Assembly: GCF_018350175.1 (NCBI RefSeq)
Contig: NC_058368.1
Span: 10,354,001-10,418,000, forward strand
DNA: 64,000 nucleotides
Source of the DNA: Felis catus
Lineage: Eukaryota
Direction: 5' to 3'
Shown: positions 47,746 through 59,544 of the stretch, piece by piece
Layout of the letters: each line of letters opens with the position of its first letter
Numbering within the stretch: position 1 is the first letter of the stretch
Translations under genes and position numbers: made by a program
Notes under the pieces: generated by a model
Databases searched by the model: none
What the model was told of the DNA's origin: nothing
What the model saw: the letters and a program-made list of their open reading frames with translations, nothing else

Positions 47746-49184
47746 TATAGCAGAGAAAACTTACCCTCAAAGAAGTTACGTGATTTAACTGAGGTCACGT
47801 GGTAATTCAAAGGTGAAGTCAGAATCTAATTTTCTTTGAATTCTTGCATGCTGCACACAGCTGTGTGCATTAGAACGTGTGTGTGTGTGTGTGTGTGTGG
47901 CAATAATCAAGCTCATTTGTAATGAACTTAAAGTGCTACCTAAGGAATATTACTAGGGAATTAAAATTTTGTGTAATGAATTTAGAATTCTAGCATATAC
48001 TTTCAAATATAGGTTTTTAACTCCTCTTTCCAAATGAGGAAATGTATGTATCCCTCTTCTTAAATACGTATATAAATATAGGTAGAAAATAAGGTGACTC
48101 CTACATCGTAGTGTCATTTTTCATCCAAAGGTATTAAAGCCCTTGAAAAATGTCATTAACCCCATCTGTGCTTAGGCTGTGAAGCCAAAAAAGCCATTAG
48201 TCCCCTGAGGAGAGGCAGTGATAAAATGTCTACTGTAGACCATACCCGAGACTGGGAGAGAAGAATTAATTTGTCCAAGGTCACCCAAAGTCTGCAGATG
48301 AACCTGGAGATAGGAGTGAAGGCTCTTCACAACAGCCACGTTCATTTGGGATCATGAGTCTATCACCATCTGCAGAATTGACGGGGACCTGCCCTGCCAT
48401 GCTGCTCAGAGGCGGCCGCCTTCCATCCCCCCTCACCCGCACGGCTTGCTTTCGTCAGGGCCCCAGACGGAGCTCTCTAGAATGCAGGCAGCCCCACTCA
48501 GGGCTGGGGGCCTGCCCCACACAATGTTCAGACTCACTGGTTGGCGTCAGGTGGCTTGTCATCCAAATTCTGGGTACTGCCGGTGCCCTGCTGCACCTCC
48601 CAGGAGCTGACCTCTGGGCCCAGGCTCCTCTTTTGGATTCCTGGTCCCTGGCATTGACCCGGATTCTGACCTCCCTCAGCTTTCAGGGGAGCCTGCCCAC
48701 CCAGACTTGTGCTCCAGGCCACGGTACCGCCTCAACCACGGCCTTGTCCCAGCTTCAACCCACAGTTTCTCCCACTTATACCCTGTGGTGGTTGTGATGT
48801 TGTGTCCTGTATGATGTAGGGTTAGAGTTGAGCGCTGTGGTTCACATCCCTTCTCCAACACTGATACCCAGTGGAGACCCTCTCTGTGTCTCAGCTTCCT
48901 CATCCGTAAGATGGGGTAGTAAGACCTGTATCAAAAAGCTGTTTGGAGGAGGAGGAGGAGGAGGATGGTGTGTGTGTGTGTGTGTGTCCACCACTTAAAA
49001 CAGTGCCAGACCCTACCTGATGTGACAGCAAGAAATATTTTAGGCAGCTTTTGAGCTGAACCTAAACAAATCAAAGTAAGAAGAGGAACCATAGGGCTTA
49101 CTGCTTTTATCAGTGAGATTTCTTCTATGGTATAAGTTGACTTCATGTGAAATAGATGAAGGTGATGATGAAAAGAGTAGTAGG

Positions 49185-49380
49185 TGACAGCTATTGAGCA
49201 TTTTCTTCAGGCAGATGCCATGCTCAGCAGTATATTACCTAATGAAACTCCCACAACAACCCTGTGCTGCAGGTCTGGTAATTACCATTCCTGTTTTACA
49301 GATGAGAAACTGAGGCCTGAGCTAGTAAGTGGTGGGGGCAGAATTCAAACACAGGACCGGCTTCCGGCCGAGTCCACTGA
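49185..49380 (-). mobile_element. MIR
   Basis: cccacaacaaccctgtg..cctgttttacagatgagaaactgaggc..gagctagtaagtggtgggggcagaattcaaac MIR core. Confidence 0.75.
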
Positions 49381-50272
49381 CGGGCACATCCTGATCAGTT
49401 CATTTATTCAAAAGACCAAGGGGGTGGCGGTTGGTGGTGACCAGGTACAGGATGCCATTTTACTTCCCTTTCTTCCGAAAAGATTCGATAGATGTGAAGG
49501 ATTTTGAGGAGGTTTTATCGTCTTTTCGTGAAGGATTTATAAACTAGGCATTACGGGCGTGGATTGCAAGTGTTCTAACGTATTGTGACTTAACAGATAA
49601 AACCTGTGTCAGAGGGTAGCTTGGATTTGTCTTTTCCCGGCTAGGGTAGGAGCTGTCTGTGGGGTAGATGCATTAGTAACAAATCTCTTTCCTATCTGAA
49701 TAGCCATTCAGTTGACTTCTAAAACTTTGACAGTGAACCCGTTTTGACTGATATTGATAGCGTAAGAAATGTGTGGCAGCAGAGATACTAAAACGAACCA
49801 TGTGTTTCTTCCTAGGAAGAGCTGAGGCTTTTCAGGAGGGGAAACTGGAGACAGAATTCTAAATGTCCTGTCAGTTCGTTCATTTAGTCTCATTTTCTTT
49901 CTCAGAGGGGAAATTGCTCAAGACCATTTTGGATCCATTCAGTTCACTTAATTCGACCATTCTTGGATGTTTTCTTCTTACAGTTTACAAATTGAGCCAT
50001 TCGAAGTGGTTAATCGTGTCCGATCTGTTGTTTTCAGCCAGTTGGAGCTGCGGTGTTTAATAGCAAATGGAAAGATGTGTCATTTTGGTCGATTCTCTTT
50101 GGTTTCACAAAGAGATGTGGTGGGGTGTCCAGTAGGTTTCTAGGGTTAAGTTATTCATTCGGGAAATACTGAGTTCAGGGTTTTTTTGTTTTGTTTTTTA
50201 ATCTTTCAGTTTATTGTTAAAGGTGACTTTTGTCAAGAATGTCGTGGTGCTTTCACCTGGTGCGTGTTTCTT

Positions 50273-50882
50273 TTTTTTTTTTCAATATATGAACTTTATT
50301 GTCACATTGGTGTCCATACAACACCCAGTGCTCATCCCAACAGGTGCCCTCCTCCATGCCCATCACCCACTTTCCCCTGTCCCCCACCCCCCCATCAACC
50401 CTCAGTTTGTTCTCAGTATTTAAGAGTCTCTTATGGTTTGCCTCCTTCCCTCTCTATAACTTTTTTCCCCCCTTCCCCTCCCCCCTAGTCTTCTGTTGAG
50501 TTTCTCAGGATCCACATATGAGTGAAAACATATGGTATCTGTCTTTCTCTGTATGGCTTATTTCACTTAGCGTCACACTCTCCAGTTCCATCCACGTTGC
50601 TACAAAGGGCCAGATTTCATTCTTTCTCATTGCCACGTAGTACTCCATTGTGTATATAAACCACAATTTCTTTATCCATTCATCAGTTGATGGACATTTA
50701 GGCTCTTTCCACAATTTGGCTATTGTTGAGAGTGCTGCTATAAACATTGGGGTACAAGTGCCCCTATGCATCAGCACTCCTGTATCCCTTGGGTAAATTC
50801 CTAGCAGTGCTATTGCTGGGTCATAGGGTAGGTCTATTTTTAATTTTTTGAGGAACCTCCACACTGTTTTCCAGAGTGGCTT
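50273..50882 (-). mobile_element. Young 5'-truncated felid L1 (ORF2 C-terminus + 3' UTR)
   Basis: Uninterrupted ORF 50505..50909 PLWKTVWRFLKKLKIDLPYDPAIALLGIYP..MFSLICGS; poly-T tail; 17-bp TSD cctggtgc[g/a]tgtttctt (50256-50272, 50883-50899). Confidence 0.95.
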
Positions 50883-51086
50883 CCTGGTGCATGTTTCTTG
50901 AAGAAACACCTCTGGAGGAAGACAGGGTGTGCATCATCACGTGGGTGTAAGAAATGAACGTTGGAAAGAACTCAGAAGACCGACCTGGGTTTTCATCCTG
51001 GTTCTGTGGCTCTGTTGTCTCATTTCTAAAAGGGGAGCATTGGATTGGATCATCTTTAATGCTCTCTTTTTTAAAAAATTATGGAA

Positions 51087-51285
51087 GGGGCATGGGTGGC
51101 TCAGTCGGTTAAGCGTCCGACTCTTGGTTTCAGTTCAGGTCCCGTTCTCACGGTTCGTGCGATTGAGCCCCAAGTTGGGCTCGGCACTGACAGCGTGGGG
51201 CCTGCTTGGAATTCTCTCTCTCTCCTCCTTTCTCTGTCCCTCCCTTGCTTTCTGTCTCTCTCAAAAGTAAATAAACATTAAAAAT
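51087..51285 (+). mobile_element. Can-SINE (sense to B3GLCT)
   Basis: ggggcatgggtggctcagtcggttaagcgtccgact head; TSD aaaaattatgg. Confidence 0.9.
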
Positions 51286-51289
51286 TATG

Positions 51290-51670
51290 GCAAAATACAT
51301 CTAACGTAAAATTTACGATCCTAACCATTCCTAAGCGTACAGCTGAGTATCGTGAAGTATATTCATGGTGTTCGTGCAAACGCCCTTCACGTCTCTTTTC
51401 ACCTCACGAAACTGAAACCGTCCCCATTAAACAGCTCTCTGTTCTCCTCCCCCGGCCCCTGGCAACCACCCTTCTACTGTCCGTTTCCGTGAATCGGACT
51501 ACGCCGTAAGTGGAATCGTACAGTACTTGGCTTTTTTGTGTCTGGCTTATGTCACGTAGCGTGATGTCCTCAAGGCACATTGGTGTTGTAGCATGTGACG
51601 GGACTCCCTTCCTTTCTGCAGCTGGATAATATTCCGTGGTGCGTCTACGCCATATTTTCTTTACCCACTC
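51290..51670 (-). mobile_element. Old L1 (L1MA/MB-like) 3' end
   Basis: aaaatacatctaacgtaaaatttacgatcctaaccatt, ccccggcccctggcaaccacccttctact and gtggaatcgtacagtacttg. Confidence 0.75.
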
Positions 51671-52458
51671 CAGTGCTACTTTTGGATGGAACCTTTCGAA
51701 TTTTCGGTGATCGTCAGCTGCCAGCCAAAGCTGTGGAGCAGGCAGTGTGGCCGAGGGGTGGGCAGCAGGTTAAGGGTGAAAGCCGGGTAGCATGTCTGGT
51801 TCTCAGGCGGGTGCTGCTTCTGCAGGGGCGGGCTGTTGTCCTGGCCAACGGTGGCATTGAGAGCGTGTGGAAGATGCAGTGAGTCTATACCTGCTGGCTT
51901 ATGATAACCCGGCTTTGGTTCAGCACAGGTAGAGAAATGGCTTAAGTGTTCCAGCACTTTTTAGGGTTTTTTTTCCCCCCAAAACGTCTGTATTTTATCA
52001 AGATTAAGTGACATGTCACTGGATCCCGAGGCATAACAAATGAGTCCATAATAACTATGGGTTCTTCTCCACTCAGTGGTATTTCTATTCTTGAGACAAA
52101 GATCATTTCAGGAAACGCTGCCAAAGGTAGACACTCTCCTGTGTTTTGCTCTCTCTCCTCCCTGTCTCTTGTCACGGTCCCTTTGGCGTTTTGAGAGGAT
52201 ACATCTCTGTGTGGCTGTATCTTGGCTTTTAAACTGTTCCTAGTTTTGTTGGCAAAGGCTTACAAGTACGTTTCTCGTTGCAGTCTGTGAAGAAAATTGA
52301 AGGATGTCTGCCGCTGTCCAATTGTTATAATTATAGCAAATGGCAGTCGAAAGCAGAAAAGGGCAATTAGAGAGAAAATTCCTTCCTGTCTGCTGGAGAA
52401 GACAAGGAAAATGGCAGATTTAGCTGCTTACGCTTTGCACTTTGTCAGAGAAATATTT

Positions 52459-52469
52459 TTTTAATGTTT

Positions 52470-52550
<81 letters not shown>

Positions 52551-52716
52551 GGGGGAGCAGGGGAGGGGCAGAGAGAGTGGGAGAAAGAATCCCAAGCACG
52601 CTCCCCGCTGTCAGCGCGGAGCCTGATGTGGGGCTCCATTTCATGAGCCATGAGATCATGACCTGAGTTGAAATCAAGAGTCCGACACTTAACCGACTGA
52701 GCCACCCAGGAGCCCC
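52459..52716 (-). mobile_element. Can-SINE containing compound (GA)n(GT)n microsatellite
   Basis: Ends gagccacccaggagcccc; TSD tcagagaaat[a/c]ttt; (GA)n then (GT)n at 52474-52548. Confidence 0.92.
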
Positions 52717-53393
52717 ATCAGAGAAATCTTTCAGGAACCCCTCTCCTGATCTACCCGGGATCAGGAACAGGTATTTCTTTGCTCACGTCCAGATTTCTAT
52801 GTCCAGAGCTCTGCTCTAAGAAGCCCCTTCCGTGCTCCTGAAGTCTCATGAACCAAAGGCTGAGTGCCTCCTGGGGCCTTGCTTAGGCCGCCAGTGCTGC
52901 TCCTCAGGTGGGAGAGAACATGGCGGTGATGTTCTGGATGACAGTACGTCTGAGCCCACGAGATGATAAATACCATAATTAGTGGAGGTCCTCTTCATGG
53001 GAAACACACACTGGCGGCATCGATACGGTCTCTGTTTGGTTTGCCATGCTTTTGAGTTTACGGGGTTTTAAATGAACTCTCCCAAGACCAGTGGGAACCG
53101 GTTAAGTGTTAGCTCCATTTTACACAGGAGGCAAGAGCCCCAGTGACTTGCCCAAAATCACGTAGGAAAGGGGTAGCCCCGTAGGAGGCTCCCACCAGGA
53201 TGCAGAAGTACGTCATTGCTGTTCCCTCCCTCCTAAGTTTTCGTCTGTTTCGTTAGGGAGCTTTGTCAAGCTCTCGTCGTCCGCGTCGTCCCCAAACGTT
53301 GCTGCGTGCTGTTCATGTATTTGGTGTTTTGCTAGCTATGGTATACGACGAGACTTACCTGACTTACCTTCTTCTCTTTTGTCTAAAATACAG

Positions 53394-53433
53394 AATTTGG
53401 AGAAAGGTGGTATCTCAAGGAAGAGTGACGTAG
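53394..53433 (+). CDS. B3GLCT: B3GLCT coding exon 3 (NLEKGGISRKSDV + 1 nt)
   Basis: Acceptor cttctcttttgtctaaaatacag| and donor TAG|gtaagt; 40 nt; resembles recalled human DLEKSGISRKNDI and keeps frame between exons 2 and 4. Confidence 0.93.
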
Positions 53434-53963
53434 GTAAGTAATGATTTTTTTTTAACTTATGAGTATGTGCCCAGGTACGTTTCTTATAAATTATATTTCA
53501 GTGAAGTGAATTTCTCCTTCTGATTTTATTTATGAGGTGAAGATCGCTGTGCAAATGTTCTGGTCTCTCCCGAAGACACAGGGAGAACACTTTTCAGATT
53601 GACATAGTGGCTCGTGATTTGTATTGGAAACGACAGCTCGTATGTTAGATTTGATGTCCTTGGCCACCATTTGGTGAGTTTCCAGTGAGGGCAGACGGCT
53701 ATGCGTGGTGGCGGCTGTGGGGGCCGCGGAGGTGAGCAGGGCGCAGTGTCTGATGTGAGAGGCCCGCTGACCTCGGCCTGGAGCCAGAGTCACTTGTCGA
53801 TGTCACTTCTGTCAAACCCATCCCGAGAACCCTGGCGCAGAAGCAGCGACTTGTGACTTTGTGGACACCCCTGCACTTTCATCCCGGCCTGTGCTCACCC
53901 TATTTTGTCCTCCCTTTCAGGATATTGTAAGCATCTTCAAAAATGTAACCACGACATCAGTTT

Positions 53964-54021
53964 CTCCTCCTCCTCCTCCTCCTCCTCCTGCTCCTCCTCC
54001 TCCTTCTTCTTCTTCTTCTTC
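53964..54021. repeat. (CCT)n(CTT)n compound trinucleotide repeat
   Basis: Directly visible; almost pure pyrimidine on the + strand. Confidence 0.9.
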
Positions 54022-54863
54022 AGCTGTGAGAAATATGCCTCAGTGTGAGAGCATAAGACTGATGTCTGAATGTTGGATCTCTTCCCAAAGGGTGTGAACT
54101 TTGTCGACATCAGTCATCCCAGGGTAGGCCATGGAGACCTACAAGGTGGGCCTTGGACAGGAGGGGAAGGGTACACTTTCCTCTCTAGGCCTGCCTTGTG
54201 TGGGGCTGGGCTCTGCAGGGTCTAGATGGCAGGAGAGGCTCCCCAGGTGGAAGGGGCAGGATGGCCTGTACTGGGGCCCGGGCATGCAGGGGACCACGGG
54301 GGCATGGGTCGGAGACTTCAGCTCTGAGACTGCGTATTTAAGGAGCGACATTGGGTCATTGCCTTTTCTTCTTTGTATTACGACACCCTGTATGGCTCAG
54401 CCACTCCTCCCCACGTGGAGATGTTCTGTCAGCTGTCAACCCTTGTGGGTTGGGCATTTGTTTATTCTATGGGAGCTGATAGGGCTCCTTATAGAAAATG
54501 GTTATTAAATGAACTAATGATGCTAGTCTGGAACATGGGCTTGAAAGTGCCAGGGGGAAGTTGCCTGGATAAGTAAGTCAACATCCTTGTTATGACAAGT
54601 GGTCAAATCTAGTGATACATACCTTGGTATCAGCATGTCCGAGCAAGACCCAGGAGGCTTATTTGCCCACAGGGTTAACATGGGTCTGCAGGCCCCGGGT
54701 GGGGGGCCTACAAAAGCAGCCCTCCCAGAAGGATCAGAGTCGCGGCAGACTCCCAGGGCCTCCTCCCAGGGCAAGGAGGCCTGCTTTCTGTTTGGGCTCA
54801 CTGCCTCGTCAGTAGATTCATGGGCGAACGTCATTCTCACCAAGTAAAACACAATTGGAGTGG

Positions 54864-54866
<3 letters not shown>

Positions 54867-54921
<55 letters not shown>
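54867..54921. repeat. (TG)~27 microsatellite
   Basis: Directly visible. Confidence 0.95.
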
Positions 54922-54923
<2 letters not shown>

Positions 54924-55641
54924 TTAAGGTCTCTAGCGCTTTCGCTTTTATCAGAAGAACCCCACGCTATTTCCTGTCACCATGAAATCCGTGTTTCTGG
55001 ATGACGTCTGACCAGGAAAGACTGGCGCTTAGTAGAGCGGTTGGCACATGATAGGTGCTCAGCAGCTGAAGAATAGAGAACCTTTGTTTGCTTTTTCTTC
55101 GAAGAATGATTGTTTCTCCCTCAGGGATCTTCTCTGACCACCTCCTTGGTTCTGTCACCTTTCCTTAATGCTCTGCAGCTCACCCTTGGTCTCAGAACAG
55201 CAATGGTCCTTTCCTAGCCTTGACTGACTTCCTTTTCTTCCTTTCTAGACCACTATGCCCCTCATTATTGTCAGGCACTTAGTGTACAACCCATTTCTTC
55301 TACCTTCCTGGAGGAGAGCAAGGGCAATCCGTCTTGAGTTGTGACGGTGTTTGCTGATGGCAGTGACTTCAGAGAGGTTCAAGGGAAGTGATAAGGAACT
55401 AGTAGGATTGTCTTATTTAGCTCCACTGACTGGGCAGTGGGAGCTCAGGAGTCAGAGAGTGGGGGCAGCACAGGCAGAGAAGACCGCGGCCAAGGTGGGC
55501 CCTGGGGTCTGGACTCAGCCAGAATGTGACCCAGTTTGGGGGGCTTAGGATCTCTGTCAGCAAAATATTTCTTGCAGCTGCTGTAAAGAACATCAGTAAA
55601 TTAAGTGTCCAAGTGATTTTCAGCACCTAACTGTGCTAGCC

Positions 55642-55679
55642 TGTTTGTTTGTTTGTTTGTTTGTTTGTTTGTTTGTTTT
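55642..55679. repeat. (GTTT)n microsatellite
   Basis: Directly visible. Confidence 0.9.
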
Positions 55680-56282
55680 TCCTGGAAGGGAGGTGGGGCT
55701 GAATGGCATGTCATTGATTCTCTGTCATTATTAACAGGGCTTTAGGAACTGGGTTGGGTAGACCCTTACTTTTTTGTCTCCTCACTAGTAACTGCCCCAT
55801 GTGCCTCCGACTTCCTAGCGATACCTGTTACTGTGTTCAGGGCCATAATTCCCCTTGCTGTCCCCAACCTTCACTGTTCCCTCTGTCGGGAAGGTCCTCC
55901 CATCCCTTCTTGGGGCATCCCCAGGACACAGTGTCCCTGTCCCTTCTTCTGGGAAGGCCCCACTCTCTGGGATCCCAGATGGCTCTGTGGCCCTTCCCCA
56001 GTTTGAAAGCTGTTAATCTCTAGCTCCACCCTCTTAGTGTGGCACTTGTCCTTCATGCTCAGATCTGGCTGAGCCAGCCTCCCTCTCTAGACCCAGCTTC
56101 CCTCTGTAACTTTATCGTGGACTGTTCCCTTCATCTTTTTCTCAGAAATGCTTGACAGATTCACCTACTCCTGATGCTGCAGAGATAAGGCGGGCCGTGG
56201 GCTCTGTGATAACCCCACTTCCTTCTCTGCCACTGGTCTGCTATCCTCTGTGCCCAAGTCTGCAGAAAATTGCTGCGTTTTA

Positions 56283-56522
56283 TTTATTTTAAATTTAGAA
56301 ACATTTTAAAAAATTATTTTCTTATTTTGAGAAAGAGGGCAAGTGGGGGTGGGAGGGGGGGAGGGAGGGAGAGAGAGAGAGAGAGAGGGAGAGGGAGAAT
56401 CCCAAGCAGTTTCCACACGGTCAGTGCACAGAGCCTGACACGGGGCTTGAACCCGTGAAACCGTCAGATCATGACTTGAGCTGAAGTTGGATGGTTAACC
56501 GACTGAGCCACCCAGGTGCTCT
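56283..56522 (-). mobile_element. Can-SINE
   Basis: Ends gagccacccaggtgctct; 18-bp TSD gaaaattgctgc[g/a]tttta (56265-56282, 56523-56540). Confidence 0.92.
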
Positions 56523-58571
56523 GAAAATTGCTGCATTTTAAAGGGAACTCAGGAAAGGCCCCTTTCCAGGAGCTCTGCTTGCACATGTCCCCCCTCTGTG
56601 CTCCCTCAGTTTTGCACTTGGCTCTGTATTGGAATGGCTGCCTTCTGCCTTCTGCCCTAGACTCAGGCCCTGATGTGATGGGGCTGGGCTTGCTCACCTC
56701 TGTGTGCCAGAGCCTCGCACTCAGTACAGGCTTCGAGATGTTTGCTGGGTGAGTGCACCTAGCGTGCGTGATCGAGGCATGAGCAAAAGGAAGGTGATGA
56801 TTTCTTAGATGCAGAAAAAACAAATACAGCTCATAGCACACGACTCAGGCATAAGCAGAGGGGAATAACTCACTTTTCTTCTTCTTGCAAAGCCTCTTCT
56901 CCACATGGAGGAACTGTTGTCTTTGTGGGAACAGTGGGAGTTTTGCTGATCTGGTAGAAGAAATGGCAGGAGTTGATTACTGCAGGATTAACGTTTTGGC
57001 AGATGGATTTGCTCTTTTAAAACCTCTGTTATGAATTATTGTGAACATACAGGAAGCTACAAAGAGTAATACAATGATATCCAGGTAGTTACCGCCTAGT
57101 TTGAGGAATAAAATACTCCTAACACAGCTGAAGCTTTTTTATTATTATCTCGATATGGTGTTTATAGCATTCTCATGTAATCTTTTATATTTTTACATCA
57201 TACATGATATATATGCATCTGTATAGTATATATCCATCTATATATTTGTGTGTATATTTTCACAAACCATTGATTTATATGGTTGTGCCTTTGTGGCTTT
57301 TTTTTTTCAGTCTATACGACTCATCTATAATATCCATCTGGATCGATGCAGTTTTTATTGCTGTATAGTATTCTAATTTGTGTATCTTGTTAGCGGGTTT
57401 TGAGTTGCCTCAATTTTTTTCCTTTTACACCATCCTGCTGTGAGCTCTCCTGTCCTATATCCTTGTTTTTACACATAATGCAAGTTTCTCAAGGATGATT
57501 AGTAGGAGTGGGGTTTCTGGGTCATTGGGAATGTGCACCTTCAGCCCTATTAAATTTTGCAAAAGTCATTCTCTGAAGTTTATTCCATTTTTAACAAAAG
57601 CAAGTCTTTATCACCCCTTTTTTGGTATGTCACTTACATTAATGTTTCAGACGTAGTAGATTGAAAATTACATTTCAGTTGGAATATAAGACACCCGTTT
57701 AAGGCTTATCTGTGTGTCCTGTTTATAGAGCCAAGAAGCTGATTTGAAATAGAGGTAGGTATGTGGAATGTTCATATGTATATAAATTCCTAAAGGAAAA
57801 GAATTAGGTCATATTCAGTAGGTTGTTGAGCATTTCCTTTTAAATTTTTTATTGAGTCTTAACCAAAGAGCATTTTGGCTTATTTTTAGGATCTAGATGG
57901 CTCATTGTGGAGCTATTTGTTGTATGAGTATCGGAGTGAGTGAATAAATGAGTGGAACTATAGAACTGAACAGAAGAGCAATAAAATATAATGGAATAAA
58001 ATTAAAACCAGATTATGTCCCTGAGTCGAGCTGTTAAAGGGAAAGGCACATGGCGGGGGTCAGGTCACCACGTTCGTTGCTGTAAACCTGGCTGGAGGCA
58101 GCAGTTTACGTGAAGTCTGCCTTCTGCCAACACACGATGGCCGTTTCTATGTGTTGCTTTATTGCAAGCTCAGAACCTCATGTGCTTCTCCGCCGTGGGG
58201 ACTGAGCAACCCTCTTCACTGGCAAGACCTCCGATAGTCGTCCCCGGTCAGGTGGGCCTAGCGTGCGAGGTTTCCTACTTTGCTAGCCGTTGCAAGAAAG
58301 TTGGCCGCCCTGAGGTGAGTCTCTAGACGGCTGGCAAATATTTCCAGTGTTGTTGGAGACGGACTTTTATGCCACGCTTCTTGCTAACGCCCTGCTGCTG
58401 TGGAATTGTGGCTGTTTTCCTGGAGATAACACTTCATTCGGGCTAGGCGCCTCGTGAAGCAGGGTAGAGATTATTGAGGTATTTATTTGCAAGCTCTTGT
58501 GAGCTCATGGGACAGAAGCAGCCACTGGTGAATGTCACCTTGAAGAGTCATCCAGAATATTCTTGAGGTAG

Positions 58572-58949
58572 TGTGTACGTCTGCGAGGGCTGCTGAATCG
58601 AGGTACCGCCAGTTGTGTGGCTTAAACAGCAGAAATCTGCCTCACAGTTTCGAAGGGTAGAAGTCTCCGATCAAGGGGCGGGCAGGGGTTGCTTTGTTCT
58701 GAGGAACTTTCTCCTCGGCTTGTAGGTGGCTGTCTTCTCCCTGTGGCTTTGTATCATCTTCTTTCTGTGCGCCTGTGTCCACATTTTCTCTTTTCACCAA
58801 ATATGATCAGGTGAGCACCTCCACTAACGACCTCACTTTACCTCGATTACCTTTGTGAAGACCTGGGTCCAAATAAGGTCACATTCTGAGGTCCTGGGCA
58901 TCAGGACTCCAGCATACGCAGTTTGGGAGACACGCTTCAACCCATAACA
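58572..58949 (-). mobile_element. MLT1B/C-like MaLR solo LTR
   Basis: tggcttaaacagcagaaat..tccaaataaggtcacattctgaggtcctggg..ttcaacccataaca. Confidence 0.8.
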
Positions 58950-59265
58950 GCAACAGTACAATGGAGGATAATGTGGAAATTTTTGGAATGCTCATGGTAG
59001 ACAAGATTCTCAGCTGCTGGGGAGGCTAGTGTTCTAGACATTCTCATACTTTCTCACGTTCATAGTCATTCTTTGGACAGATGCAGGCGCGGACTCACGG
59101 TTTGTTACCACGGGTTTGATCTAGGACAGCGAACTCATTTACCTGCTCACTTCTTTTCTTTTTTTTTTTTTAACCTGCTCACTTCTAAGGGAGGATGTTT
59201 CAGAGATCAGTGTAAAAAGAGATTTTGTCACTGTGATTACATTTGAATCGATTTTTCCCCCCTAA

Positions 59266-59544
<279 letters not shown>

